The notes under the pieces: generated by a model
The model's input: only the letters and a program-made list of their open reading frames with translations
What the model was told of the DNA's origin: nothing
The model's database searches: none
Part shown: positions 47,275 through 56,079 of the stretch, one piece after another
Position numbering within the stretch: position 1 is the stretch's first letter
Layout: the number at the start of each line of letters is the position of its first letter
Assembly: GCA_963715985.1 (NCBI GenBank)
Contig: CAVQSP010000010.1
Span: 192,001-256,000 of the forward strand
Direction: 5' to 3'
DNA length: 64,000 nt
Source: an uncultured Thermoleophilia bacterium
GTDB taxonomy: Bacteria; Actinomycetota; Thermoleophilia; UBA2241
Translations under genes and position numbers: made by a program

Positions 47275-48752
47275 AGCGCGGTCTGCGCGTCCGCCTGGCC
47301 CTCACCCACGCGCTCGTCGCGTTGCTCGCCATCGTCATCGTGGCGGTCATCGTCAACGTCGTGGGCGGGCGCAACTTCGATCAGTACCTCGCCAAGGTCC
47401 AGCGCGCCCGCAACGAGGCTGTGGTAGGCACGCTGGCGCAGACGTACAAGGCGCCGGACGGGTGGGATGCGGCGGCCGTCTTCGCCCTCAGCCGCGTCGC
47501 CATGGCCAACAACGTCGACGTGGCCGTGTACTCTCTCGACGGCCAGCTCCTGTTCACGGTGCAGGGCCGGCACATGGGCCGGGGCATGATGAACGGCATG
47601 ATGGGCGGCGGCAACGGCATGATGGGCGGAGGGGCCGCGGGCACGCCGGCCGAGTCGCCGTCGCCGGTCACTTCGGGCTACGGTGCCGGCCAGTTCTCGG
47701 TGCAGAGCTTCCCCGTGCTGGTGAACGGGCAGAAGGTGGCCACCGCGGAGGTGTACGCGCCGGCCGGGGTGCGCGCCGCCGCGGAGTCGGCGTACCAGAG
47801 CGCGCTCACCAAGAACCTCATCGTCGCCGCCGTCGCCGCGGCGATCATCGCCTTCCTCATCAGCCTTGTGGTGAGCCGGCGCATCACGGCGCCGCTGGAG
47901 GAGCTCACCGACGCGGCCGCGGACGTGGCCACCGGCAACTTCGACGTGCGCGTGTCGCCGCGCGCCGACGACGAAGTGGGTGCGCTCGCCAGCGCCTTCA
48001 ACGCCATGGCCGACCGCCTGGCGCGCGACGAACAGTGGCGCCGCGACATGACCGCCGACCTCTCGCACGAGCTGCGTACCCCGCTGGCCACCATCCAGTC
48101 GCGTATCGAGGCGCTCGAGGACGGCGTGCTGCCGGCCACTCCGGAGAACCTGCGCGTCATCGGCGCCGAGGTCGAGCGCCTGGGCCGCCTGCTCGGCGCT
48201 CTGCGCAACCTCAACGAGCTGGAGAGCGAGGACCTCGACGTGGAGCACGATCCGCTCGACCTCGGCGAAGTGACCGGCGACGCGGTGGCGCGCGCTGAGA
48301 CCGCCTTCACGGCCAAGGGGGTCGCGCTGGAGAGCCGGCTCTCCGACGTCGTCGTGCGAGCGGACCGCGACCGGTTGCTGCAGGTCGCCGCCAACCTCCT
48401 CGACAACGCGCTCAAGTTCACACCCGAGGGGGGCCGCGTGGAGGTCGTCGTCGCCCTCGGAGACGGCCCATCGGCGGGCGCGCCCGCGGAGGGGCCGCGC
48501 CTGCCGATGCAGGACGGGGGCCGCTGGGCCGTGCTCACGGTGAGCGACAGCGGGGCCGGCATCGACCCGGTCGACCTGCCCTTCATCTTCGACCGCTTCT
48601 ACCGCTCGCAGGCGGCGCGCACCACGCAGGGCGTCGGCCTGGGTCTTGCCATCGCCCGCGGCCTCGTGGAGGCGCAGGGCGGCGTCGTCGAGGCCGCCGC
48701 CGGCCCGCTTGGCGGAGCCCTGTTCACCGTCCGTCTGCCGGCGGTGAGCTAG
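47271..48752 (+). CDS. BaeS-like sensor histidine kinase with Met/Gly-rich extracytoplasmic loop
   Basis: Two TMs, HAMP, DLSHELRTPL, NLLDNALKF, FDRFYR, GVGLGLAI; loop HMGRGMMNGMMGGGNGMMGGG. Confidence 0.93.
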   Translation: MKRGLRVRLALTHALVALLAIVIVAVIVNVVGGRNFDQYLAKVQRARNEAVVGTLAQTYKAPDGWDAAAVFALSRVAMANNVDVAVYSLDGQLLFTVQGRHMGRGMMNGMMGGGNGMMGGGAAGTPAESPSPVTSGYGAGQFSVQSFPVLVNGQKVATAEVYAPAGVRAAAESAYQSALTKNLIVAAVAAAIIAFLISLVVSRRITAPLEELTDAAADVATGNFDVRVSPRADDEVGALASAFNAMADRLARDEQWRRDMTADLSHELRTPLATIQSRIEALEDGVLPATPENLRVIGAEVERLGRLLGALRNLNELESEDLDVEHDPLDLGEVTGDAVARAETAFTAKGVALESRLSDVVVRADRDRLLQVAANLLDNALKFTPEGGRVEVVVALGDGPSAGAPAEGPRLPMQDGGRWAVLTVSDSGAGIDPVDLPFIFDRFYRSQAARTTQGVGLGLAIARGLVEAQGGVVEAAAGPLGGALFTVRLPAVS

Positions 48753-48755
48753 GCC

Positions 48756-49799
48756 GTGCGCGAGCTCCTGGACAGCGCCCTCGCGCTGCTCGCGCGACGC
48801 GAACCGTTCGTGCTCGTCACCCTCGTCTCCAAGCAAGGGTCGGCGCCGCGCTCGGCCGGCGCGCGCATGCTCGTGCGCCGCGATGGCACCATCGCCGGCA
48901 CGGTGGGGGGCGGCCTCCTGGAGGCTACCGTCATCCGTGAGGCCGCGGACGTGCTCGCCACAGGCGTTTCGCGCGTCACGGCAGTGGATCTCGGTGGCCC
49001 GTCTGTGGGCAGCGCGGAGATGATCTGCGGGGGCGCCACGCTGCTGCTCGTGGCCTGCGTCTCACCCGGCGACGCCGAGCTCGCAGCGGTGCTCGAGGCT
49101 CTGCGCGCAGCGGTAGCCGGCGAGCGGCCCGCGCGGCTGTTCACCTTCTTCACCGCGGACCCCGGCCCCACGGACGTCGCCTACTGCCTGCTGCCGGAAG
49201 GTGGCGATCCCGTCGGCGCCGCGCCGCTTGCTCCCGCTGGACTCGAGGCGCTGGCGGGGGAGTCGCTGCGGCACGGCCTGGTCACGCTGCCCGACGGCAG
49301 GGCCCTCACGGTGGAGGCGGTCGTGCCGGCGGTGACGGTCGTCGTCTGTGGCGCTGGGCACGTGGGTCAGACGCTCGCCCCAGCCGCCGCCGCCGCTGGG
49401 TTCCGCGTCGTGGTGCTCGACGACCGCGCCGAGTTCGCCTCCGCGGCACGCTTCGGCGAGACCGTCGAGGTGCGGGTGCTCGAGAGCTTCGACGACGCCC
49501 TCGCCCAGCTCGACGTCACCCCGCACACGTTCGTCGTCATCGTGACGCGCGGCCACGCGCACGACTACACCGTGCTCACCCAGGCGTTGCGCTCCCGCGC
49601 CGGCTACATCGGCCTGATGGGCAGCTCGGCCAAGCGCGCCAAGGTGTTCACGGCGCTGCGCGACGACGGCTTCTCGGAACACGACCTGGAGCGGGTCTTC
49701 ACGCCCATCGGCATCGCCATCGGTGCGGAGACCCCGGCCGAGTTGGCCGTGAGCATCACGGCCGAGCTCATCAAGGTGCGGGCCGAGACCCGCGCGTGA
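48756..49799 (+). CDS. XdhC/CoxI molybdoenzyme maturation factor
   Basis: GSAPRSAGARM, GTVGGGLLE, MICGG, GAGHVG, DDRAEFA, TRGHAHD, YIGLMGS, PIG..IGAETPAELAVSI. Confidence 0.92.
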   Translation: MRELLDSALALLARREPFVLVTLVSKQGSAPRSAGARMLVRRDGTIAGTVGGGLLEATVIREAADVLATGVSRVTAVDLGGPSVGSAEMICGGATLLLVACVSPGDAELAAVLEALRAAVAGERPARLFTFFTADPGPTDVAYCLLPEGGDPVGAAPLAPAGLEALAGESLRHGLVTLPDGRALTVEAVVPAVTVVVCGAGHVGQTLAPAAAAAGFRVVVLDDRAEFASAARFGETVEVRVLESFDDALAQLDVTPHTFVVIVTRGHAHDYTVLTQALRSRAGYIGLMGSSAKRAKVFTALRDDGFSEHDLERVFTPIGIAIGAETPAELAVSITAELIKVRAETRA

Positions 49800-50929
49800 A
49801 CGCGCCGGAGCTGCGCGCCGTGGTCCTCGCCGGCGGCGCCTCTACGCGCATGGGGGCGCCCAAGGCGCTCCTCCCAGTGGACGGGGTGCCGGCGGTGCTC
49901 CGCGTCACGGGCGCGTACCGCGAGGTGGGTGTGGAGCCGCTGGTCGTCCTCGGGCACGATCCCGACCCCGTCGCGGCGCTGCTCCGGGAGCACGGCGTCG
50001 ATGCGGTCGTCAACGAGCGCCACGCCGAGGGCATGTTCTCCTCGGTCAGGTGTGGCGCGCGCGAGCTCGGCGGCGGGACGCGCGCCTTCTTCGTGCACCC
50101 GGTCGACTGCGTGCTTGTGCGTCCGGAGACCCTGGCGCTGCTGGCGCGCAGCGAGGCGGCCGGCCGGGCGGTCGTGTACCCGTGCCATGCAGGCCGACGG
50201 GGCCACCCGCCGCTCCTGCCCATCGCGCTGCGGGAGGCCATCCTCGCCCGTGCCCCCGCCGGCGGCCTCAGGGAGTTGCTCGCAGGCGCCGGCATGGATC
50301 AGCACGACGTCGACGTCGACGATCCGCACGTGCTGGAGGACATGGACCGGCCCGCCGATCTCGACCGCCTGCGCGAGGATGCGGCGCGCGAGCGCCTGCC
50401 GGGGCCGGAGGAGTGCCGCGCCCTGTTGGCGCGGCACCACACGCCGGCCCCGGTGGTCGCGCACGCGGAGACCGTGGCGGTCGTAGCCGGCCGCCTGGGC
50501 GCAGCCCTGCGGGCGGCCGGCGTCTGCCTGGACCTGCGGCTGCTGGAGGCGGCGGCGCTCACGCACGACATCGCGCGCGCCGCCGCTGCCCACGCCGCCG
50601 CCGGCGCCGCCGTGCTGGACGCCGCAGGCTACCCGCGCGTGGCCGCCGTGGTGCGCCACCACATGGACCTGCCCGCCCGCGAGCCCGGCGAGCCCGGCGA
50701 GGCGGAGGTGCTCTACCTGGCCGACAAGCTCACGCAGGGGACGGAGATCGTGAGCCTTGCGCGCAAGGAGGCGCGCGCCGAGGAGCTGTTCGGCGGCGAC
50801 GCGGCCGCCCTCGCCGGTGCGCGTCTCCGGCTGGCGGACGCCCGCACCGTCGCCCGGCGCGTCGAGGAGCTCGTCGGGCGGCCGCTGGCGGTCGTCGTGG
50901 CCGGCGACCACGGCGGGCCCGCGCGGTGA
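49796..50929 (+). CDS. MocA-like nucleotidyltransferase fused to an HD domain
   Basis: VVLAGGASTRMGAPKALL, GMFSSV, HPVD, GHPP, DMDRPAD; HD domain LTHDIAR, HH, YLADK. Confidence 0.85.
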   Translation: MNAPELRAVVLAGGASTRMGAPKALLPVDGVPAVLRVTGAYREVGVEPLVVLGHDPDPVAALLREHGVDAVVNERHAEGMFSSVRCGARELGGGTRAFFVHPVDCVLVRPETLALLARSEAAGRAVVYPCHAGRRGHPPLLPIALREAILARAPAGGLRELLAGAGMDQHDVDVDDPHVLEDMDRPADLDRLREDAARERLPGPEECRALLARHHTPAPVVAHAETVAVVAGRLGAALRAAGVCLDLRLLEAAALTHDIARAAAAHAAAGAAVLDAAGYPRVAAVVRHHMDLPAREPGEPGEAEVLYLADKLTQGTEIVSLARKEARAEELFGGDAAALAGARLRLADARTVARRVEELVGRPLAVVVAGDHGGPAR

Positions 50930-51687
50930 ACGCATCCGCACCCGCGGGGGTCCTCGCCTTCGACCTCGACGGCACCGTGCTGGACGCCGCCGGCCAGCCG
51001 GCGTCCGGAATCATCGACGCCCTGCGCGATCTCGCGGCGTCCGGCGTCCTGCTGGTGCCCTGCACGGGGCGGCCGCTGCACGGAGCCGTGCGCGCGGCGG
51101 CCGCGCTCGAAGCCGCTCCGGCCGCGTTCGTCGCCTATCACGGTGCGCTCGTGACCGACGCGGCCACGGGCCGATGGCTCCGCCACTTCTCGCTTCCGCC
51201 CGACCTCGCGGCCCGGCTGCCCCGGCAGGCTCTGGGCGACGGGCTGGAGGTCTCGCTGTACGTCGGCGACGAGCGCGTCGACATCGCCCCCGGCGACTCG
51301 ACGGAGCTGCCTGCGGACTCGCCCGGCGTCACGCGCCTGGTGCTCGCCGGCGCGCCGGCGAGGGTCGTGACGTCGATGCCGCTGCTGGACGAGGCGCGCG
51401 CCTGCGGCCTGCGCCTCGACCCGGTCCGGCCCGGGGTGGTCGTCGTGTTGCCGGGCGCCGCCGACAAAGGCGAGGGCCTGCGGCTGGCCGTCGCCCACCT
51501 GGGCGCCGACCCGGCGCGTGTGGTCGCCTGCGGCGACTCGACGAACGACATCACGCTGCTGCTCGTCGCCGCCCACGGCATCGCCGTCGGCGACGCGCCG
51601 CCTCAGTTGAGGCGCGTCGCCGAGCTGACGGTGCCGCAGGACGAGCTGGCCGGCGCGCTGCGGCACATGTTCGCCCGGCTGCGCTGA
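50926..51687 (+). CDS. Cof-like HAD hydrolase
   Basis: AFDLDGTVL, CTGR, DKGEGL, CGDSTNDI; GTGA overlap. Confidence 0.85.
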   Translation: MNASAPAGVLAFDLDGTVLDAAGQPASGIIDALRDLAASGVLLVPCTGRPLHGAVRAAAALEAAPAAFVAYHGALVTDAATGRWLRHFSLPPDLAARLPRQALGDGLEVSLYVGDERVDIAPGDSTELPADSPGVTRLVLAGAPARVVTSMPLLDEARACGLRLDPVRPGVVVVLPGAADKGEGLRLAVAHLGADPARVVACGDSTNDITLLLVAAHGIAVGDAPPQLRRVAELTVPQDELAGALRHMFARLR

Positions 51688-51801
51688 CGAGCTCTTCACC
51701 TGTGCGACCCCATTGTGCGGGGTCGTCGCTCGTCGTAGCCTGCCACCGCGGCATGCGACGTACGCCGCGGTGCACCGTCACGAGGCCGGACAGGAGCCGC
51801 C

Positions 51802-52659
51802 ATGGCAGACCCACCCTTCGTCTCGAACTCCACCGGGCGGCTGCGCAAGGTCCTCCTGTGTCCCCCCACGTATTTCGGCTTCCTCCCGATCAACGAGATC
51901 ACCAAAGGCGTGCTCGCCCACGGCGAGACCCCGGACCTCGAGGCGTTCGCGCGCGAGCACGCCGAGCTCGTCGAGGCCTATCGCGCGGCCGGGGTGGAGG
52001 TCGTGCTCGCCGACCCCGTGCCCGGCCTCTCGTACATGGTCTACGCCCGCGACTTCGGCGCCTGCCTCGCCGAGGGCGTGCTCATCGGCAGCTTCAAGGA
52101 ACCGCCGCGCCAGGGCGAGGAGCTCCACTACGAACGCACCGTCCGCGATCTGGGCCTGCCGGTGATCGGGCACGTCACGCGGGGCGCCTTCGAGGGCGGC
52201 GACTTCTGGTACCTGGACGACGCCACCATCGTGCAGGGCGTGGTCGCGCGCACCACGTGGGACGGCGTCCGCAGCGCGGCGGCCATCCTCGAACCGCTGG
52301 GCTACACCGTGACCGGCGTGCAGCTCGCCTCCAGGAACCTGCACCTCGACATGGCGTTCAACATCGTGGCCCCCGGTCTGGCCGTCTGCGCCACGGAGCA
52401 GATGCCCGCGTTCTTCCTGCGCATGCTGCGCAAGCGCCGCTTCGAGCTGATCGACGTGCCCAGCGAGGGGGTCTTCAAGCACCACTGCAACGTGCAGTGT
52501 CTCGGCGACGGCCGCGTGCTCACCTTTGCCGGCAACACTGCCGTCAACGCCAGGCTCAAGGCGCTCGGTCTCGAGGTGCTGACTCCCGAGATCACGCACA
52601 TCCTCAAGGGCGGGGGCGGCCCGCACTGCATGACGTTCCCGCTCCTTCGCGACCCGTGA
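51802..52659 (+). CDS. Amidinotransferase-superfamily (DDAH/deiminase-like) hydrolase
   Basis: VYARD, FEGGD, LHLD and C-terminal GGGGPHCMT catalytic Cys motif. Confidence 0.88.
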   Translation: MADPPFVSNSTGRLRKVLLCPPTYFGFLPINEITKGVLAHGETPDLEAFAREHAELVEAYRAAGVEVVLADPVPGLSYMVYARDFGACLAEGVLIGSFKEPPRQGEELHYERTVRDLGLPVIGHVTRGAFEGGDFWYLDDATIVQGVVARTTWDGVRSAAAILEPLGYTVTGVQLASRNLHLDMAFNIVAPGLAVCATEQMPAFFLRMLRKRRFELIDVPSEGVFKHHCNVQCLGDGRVLTFAGNTAVNARLKALGLEVLTPEITHILKGGGGPHCMTFPLLRDP

Positions 52660-52673
52660 GCGGGGAGGCACCT

Positions 52674-53912
52674 GTGGACGTGCGCGGCCTGCGTGTCGAC
52701 GGTGCGCGCCTGCGGGAGAGCCTTGAGCGGATGGCGCAGATCGGGGCGACGCCCGGTGGCGGCGTCCAGCGCCTGGCGCTCTCCGACGAGGACAAGCGCG
52801 CACGAGACCTGCTCGTCTCGTGGTTCGAGGAGATCGCCCTCGAGGTCACGGTCGACGAGATGGGGAGCATCTTCGGCCGCCGCCGCGGGCGTGATGACGA
52901 CGAGCCCCCGGTGATGATGGGGTCGCACGTGGACAGCCAGCCCAGGGGCGGCCGCTTCGACGGCATCCTCGGCGTGATGGGTGCGCTCGAGGTGCTGCGC
53001 ACGCTCGCCGACAACGAAGTGCACACGCGGCGGCCGCTGGTGGCGGTCGACTGGACCAACGAGGAAGGGTCCAGGTTCGCCCCGGCCATGATGGCCTCCG
53101 GCGTCTGGTCGGGCCGGCTCGAACGGGACTGGGTGTGGGAGCGCACCGATCTCGCCGGCACTACCGTGCTCGGCGAGCTGGAACGGATCGGCTACAGGGG
53201 CGGCGAAGCCTGTGCGCGCCGGCCCTTCGCCGCCTACTACGAGCTCCACATCGAACAGGGTCCCAAGCTGGACCGGGAGGGCGTGACCATCGGCGTGCCC
53301 AAGGGCATCCTCGGCATCCACTGGTACGACGTCTACGTCGACGGCCGGGCCAACCAGGTCGGGCCGACGCCCATGGCGGGACGTGCCGACGCGCTGGTCG
53401 CGGCCGCCGAGATGATCGTGAGGGTGCGCGAGCTCCCGTCGCTGATCGGCGGAGACCTGGTGGCCACCGTCGGCGCGATCCACAACGAGCCGAACTCCCG
53501 CAACGTCATCCCGGGTCACGTCCACTTCACGGTGGACATCAGGTCGTGGGACGACGCTCTGGCGCTGCGGGCGTGGCACGAGCTCGGCGCCGCGCTGGAG
53601 TCGATCGCGACGGTACACGGCTGTGCCATCCGCATGGAGGAGACGTGGCGCGTGCAGCACGTGGAGTTCGCCGCCGACCTCGTGCAGCGGGTGGAGGGGT
53701 GGGCGCAGGCCCTGGGCTACTCCACGCTGCCCATGGTGAGCGGCGCCGGGCACGATGCGAGCTACATGGCGCTCACGGGCCCGACGGCGATGATCTTCGT
53801 GCCCAGCATCGACGGGCGCAGCCACGTGGAGGTCGAGGACACCACGTGGGCCGACTGCGAGGCCGGCGCCAACGTGCTCCTGCAGTGCGTGGCGCAGACG
53901 GCCGAGGAGTGA
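52674..53912 (+). CDS. M20 Zn-dependent N-carbamoyl-amino-acid amidohydrolase (hydantoinase/carbamoylase family)
   Basis: GSHVDSQPRGGRFDG, NEEGSRF, ELHIEQGP, SGAGHDA, IFVPSIDGRSH. Confidence 0.92.
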   Translation: MDVRGLRVDGARLRESLERMAQIGATPGGGVQRLALSDEDKRARDLLVSWFEEIALEVTVDEMGSIFGRRRGRDDDEPPVMMGSHVDSQPRGGRFDGILGVMGALEVLRTLADNEVHTRRPLVAVDWTNEEGSRFAPAMMASGVWSGRLERDWVWERTDLAGTTVLGELERIGYRGGEACARRPFAAYYELHIEQGPKLDREGVTIGVPKGILGIHWYDVYVDGRANQVGPTPMAGRADALVAAAEMIVRVRELPSLIGGDLVATVGAIHNEPNSRNVIPGHVHFTVDIRSWDDALALRAWHELGAALESIATVHGCAIRMEETWRVQHVEFAADLVQRVEGWAQALGYSTLPMVSGAGHDASYMALTGPTAMIFVPSIDGRSHVEVEDTTWADCEAGANVLLQCVAQTAEE

Positions 53913-53916
53913 AGGC

Positions 53917-53948
53917 GAGGGCGGCGGGCCTCACGCCCCGCCGCCCTC
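53917..53948. terminator. Hairpin between convergent genes
   Basis: GAGGGCGGCGGG...CCCGCCGCCCTC. Confidence 0.6.
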
Positions 53949-53981
53949 ACGCCCCGCCGCCCTCCCGCCGTTCGACGTGAG

Positions 53982-55072
53982 CTAGCCGCGGTCGGCGAGC
54001 CTGGTCTGGCCGGCCAGTACGTCCTCCCGCAGGATCTGGCGCATCTTCTCGGGCTCCTCGTAGGCCGGGCTGTGGGCCGACTGCTCGAACGTGTAGAACC
54101 CCTTGACCGGCGCCTTCAACAGGGCAAGGTAGTCCTTGGCCTGGGTGTAGGAGACGGTGCGGTCGTAGATGCCGGACACGAAGTAGACGGGGATCTCGAG
54201 TTCCGTGATCCGTCCGGTCAGGTCGTCGCCCTGCATCTCATCCCATAGGCCCAAGCCCTTGACGGCGAACTTGCCGCGCCAGATGTCGAGCTTCTCGCCG
54301 ACCGTGTATTCACGGTCCGACCAGGACGGCAGGAAGATACCGGTGATCACCGATCTCATGTCGTGCGTCGTCCCGACGCCGAGGCCGTGCATCGCCGGGT
54401 CACGCAGCGCCATGTACTTGCGCGACATCGGCAGCGTCCAGGTGCAGGGGGAGGCCACGAGCTTCCGCACCATCCTCGCGTCGCCCTTCTCCCCGTACGT
54501 GTCGAGCATGTACCGGTACGTGGCCATCTCCGACTTGAGTTGGTACGAGACCTGACCCATGCCGATGTAGGCGCGGTACAGCTGCGGATGCTCTGCGGCC
54601 GCCTGGATGCCGATGTAGCTGCCCCACGAATGCCCCAGGAGGTAGATCCTGTCCTGGCGGAAGCGCTCTCGGAGGTAGTTCGTCACGGCGATCGTGTCGG
54701 ACACGAACTGCTCGCGCGTCATGGTCTCCCGGGGCACGCCGTCGCGTGAGAGCCCCGCGCCGCGCTGGTCCCACCACACCACGGTGAAATCGTCCTCGAG
54801 ACCCGTGGGGTACTTGTGCTCGAGGACGTATCCCGGCATCCCGGGCCCGCCGTGCACGAACAGGAGCACGGGATGCGCCTTGTCCTTGCTGCGGATGATC
54901 ATCCCCTGGTCCACGCCGTTGATCTTGACGTGCAGCCTTCTCGTTGATGCTGTCCGGGAGCGGCTTGCCGTTGCTCGTCGAGGATGGGCCGCAGCTTGCC
55001 CGGACTGACGAGCAGGAGGACGACTGCGCAGACGGCCGCGGCCGCGGCCAGGAAGACGACGACGATCACCAT
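53982..55072 (-). CDS. Membrane-anchored alpha/beta hydrolase (proline iminopeptidase-like); frameshifts in N-terminus
   Basis: HGGPG, DQRGAG, GHSWG nucleophile, GIYD, SAHSP; N-terminal TM in another frame. Confidence 0.85.
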
Positions 55073-55084
55073 GATCCGTCCTGC

Positions 55085-55837
55085 CTATCGTGCCGGCGAC
55101 GGAGAGGCGTATCGCTCGAGGCGCCCCATCATGGGGGCCTCGCCTCCGATCTCAGAGTCGGACGGCGCGAGCGTGCCGGCCGCGTGCAGCGCGTGCAGGC
55201 CCAGGGCGAGCGCGCGCATGGCGCGCTCGAACTCGAGACCGGCGCCGAGGGAGGCGCCTGCCGGGAGCATCCGCGTCAGGTTGGGGTACTGGCCGGGCGG
55301 AAACGCGTCCGCAGTGAAGTCCGTCTGACTCGTCTCCTGCTCGTGGTACTCGTTGCGCGTGAGCGAGGCTGCGTGCAGGTTCGTCGCGCCGAGGATGGTC
55401 GTGCCGCAGGTGTCGACGGCGATCATGGCCTCGACCGGGCTGAAGCCGGCGTCGAAGAAGATGCGCGAGAAGGCCTCGATCGGGCGCAGCTGGGCGGGCG
55501 TGCGGAGAGCGCGGACCGCCACGAGCGGGACTGCCCTGGGGTGGCGCAGAAGCGCTCGCCGGTACTCCAGCCCGGCAGTGACGACACGCTCTTCCAGACT
55601 CGCCGACGGATCGTCGACCGAGAGGTCGATGCCGCTCAGGACTTCGTCAACGACGAGGTCGTAGAGCGCGGCCTTGCTCGGGACGTGGTAGTAGATGGTG
55701 CTGGGGTCGACGCCGAGCTCTGCACCGAGCCGGCGCATCGAGTGACCGGCAAGGCCGAGCTCGTCGATGAGCCCCATCGATGCCGAGACGATCTGCTCCT
55801 GCGTGAGCAGCGGCTGGCTGGCCTTGCGAGGAGCCAC
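55085..55837 (-). CDS. TetR-family transcriptional regulator
   Basis: HTH SMRRLGAELGVDPSTIYYHVPSKAAL; TetR_C-like YRRALLRHP and YPNL. Confidence 0.93.
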   Translation of the reverse strand: MAPRKASQPLLTQEQIVSASMGLIDELGLAGHSMRRLGAELGVDPSTIYYHVPSKAALYDLVVDEVLSGIDLSVDDPSASLEERVVTAGLEYRRALLRHPRAVPLVAVRALRTPAQLRPIEAFSRIFFDAGFSPVEAMIAVDTCGTTILGATNLHAASLTRNEYHEQETSQTDFTADAFPPGQYPNLTRMLPAGASLGAGLEFERAMRALALGLHALHAAGTLAPSDSEIGGEAPMMGRLERYASPSPAR

Positions 55838-55864
55838 TTCGAACCACCTCCGACGTGTCGTGTA

Positions 55865-55901
55865 TCCAACGACGTTGGAGAAGGTATCAAACGATGTTGG
55901 A
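55865..55901. promoter_or_regulatory. Tandem palindromic TetR operators
   Basis: TCCAACGACGTTGGA (55865-55879) and TCAAACGATGTTGGA (55887-55901), 22 bp apart, upstream of tetR. Confidence 0.75.
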
Positions 55902-55941
55902 ATACGTCAAGAGGTGGTGGTCGGTCACGTCGCAGCGAGCA

Positions 55942-55977
55942 GAAGGGCGGCGGGGCCTCTCGGCCCCGCCGCCCTTC
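55942..55977 (-). terminator. Hairpin downstream of trpB2
   Basis: GAAGGGCGGCGGGGCC-tctc-GGCCCCGCCGCCCTTC. Confidence 0.65.
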
Positions 55978-56079
55978 GCGACGTCTCGCCTCACGTCACC
56001 TCTCCGGGTGACGATCTCGTCTGCGTCTCGGTGTGCGGTGTGCCTTCGGCGCACTCGCACGGTAGGCTCGCTTCGTCGT

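Noticed and set aside
50757-53912. 1051-aa ORF
   Set aside because: Only 52674-53912 is the amidohydrolase; the rest is an off-frame overlap of other genes in stop-poor GC-rich DNA.
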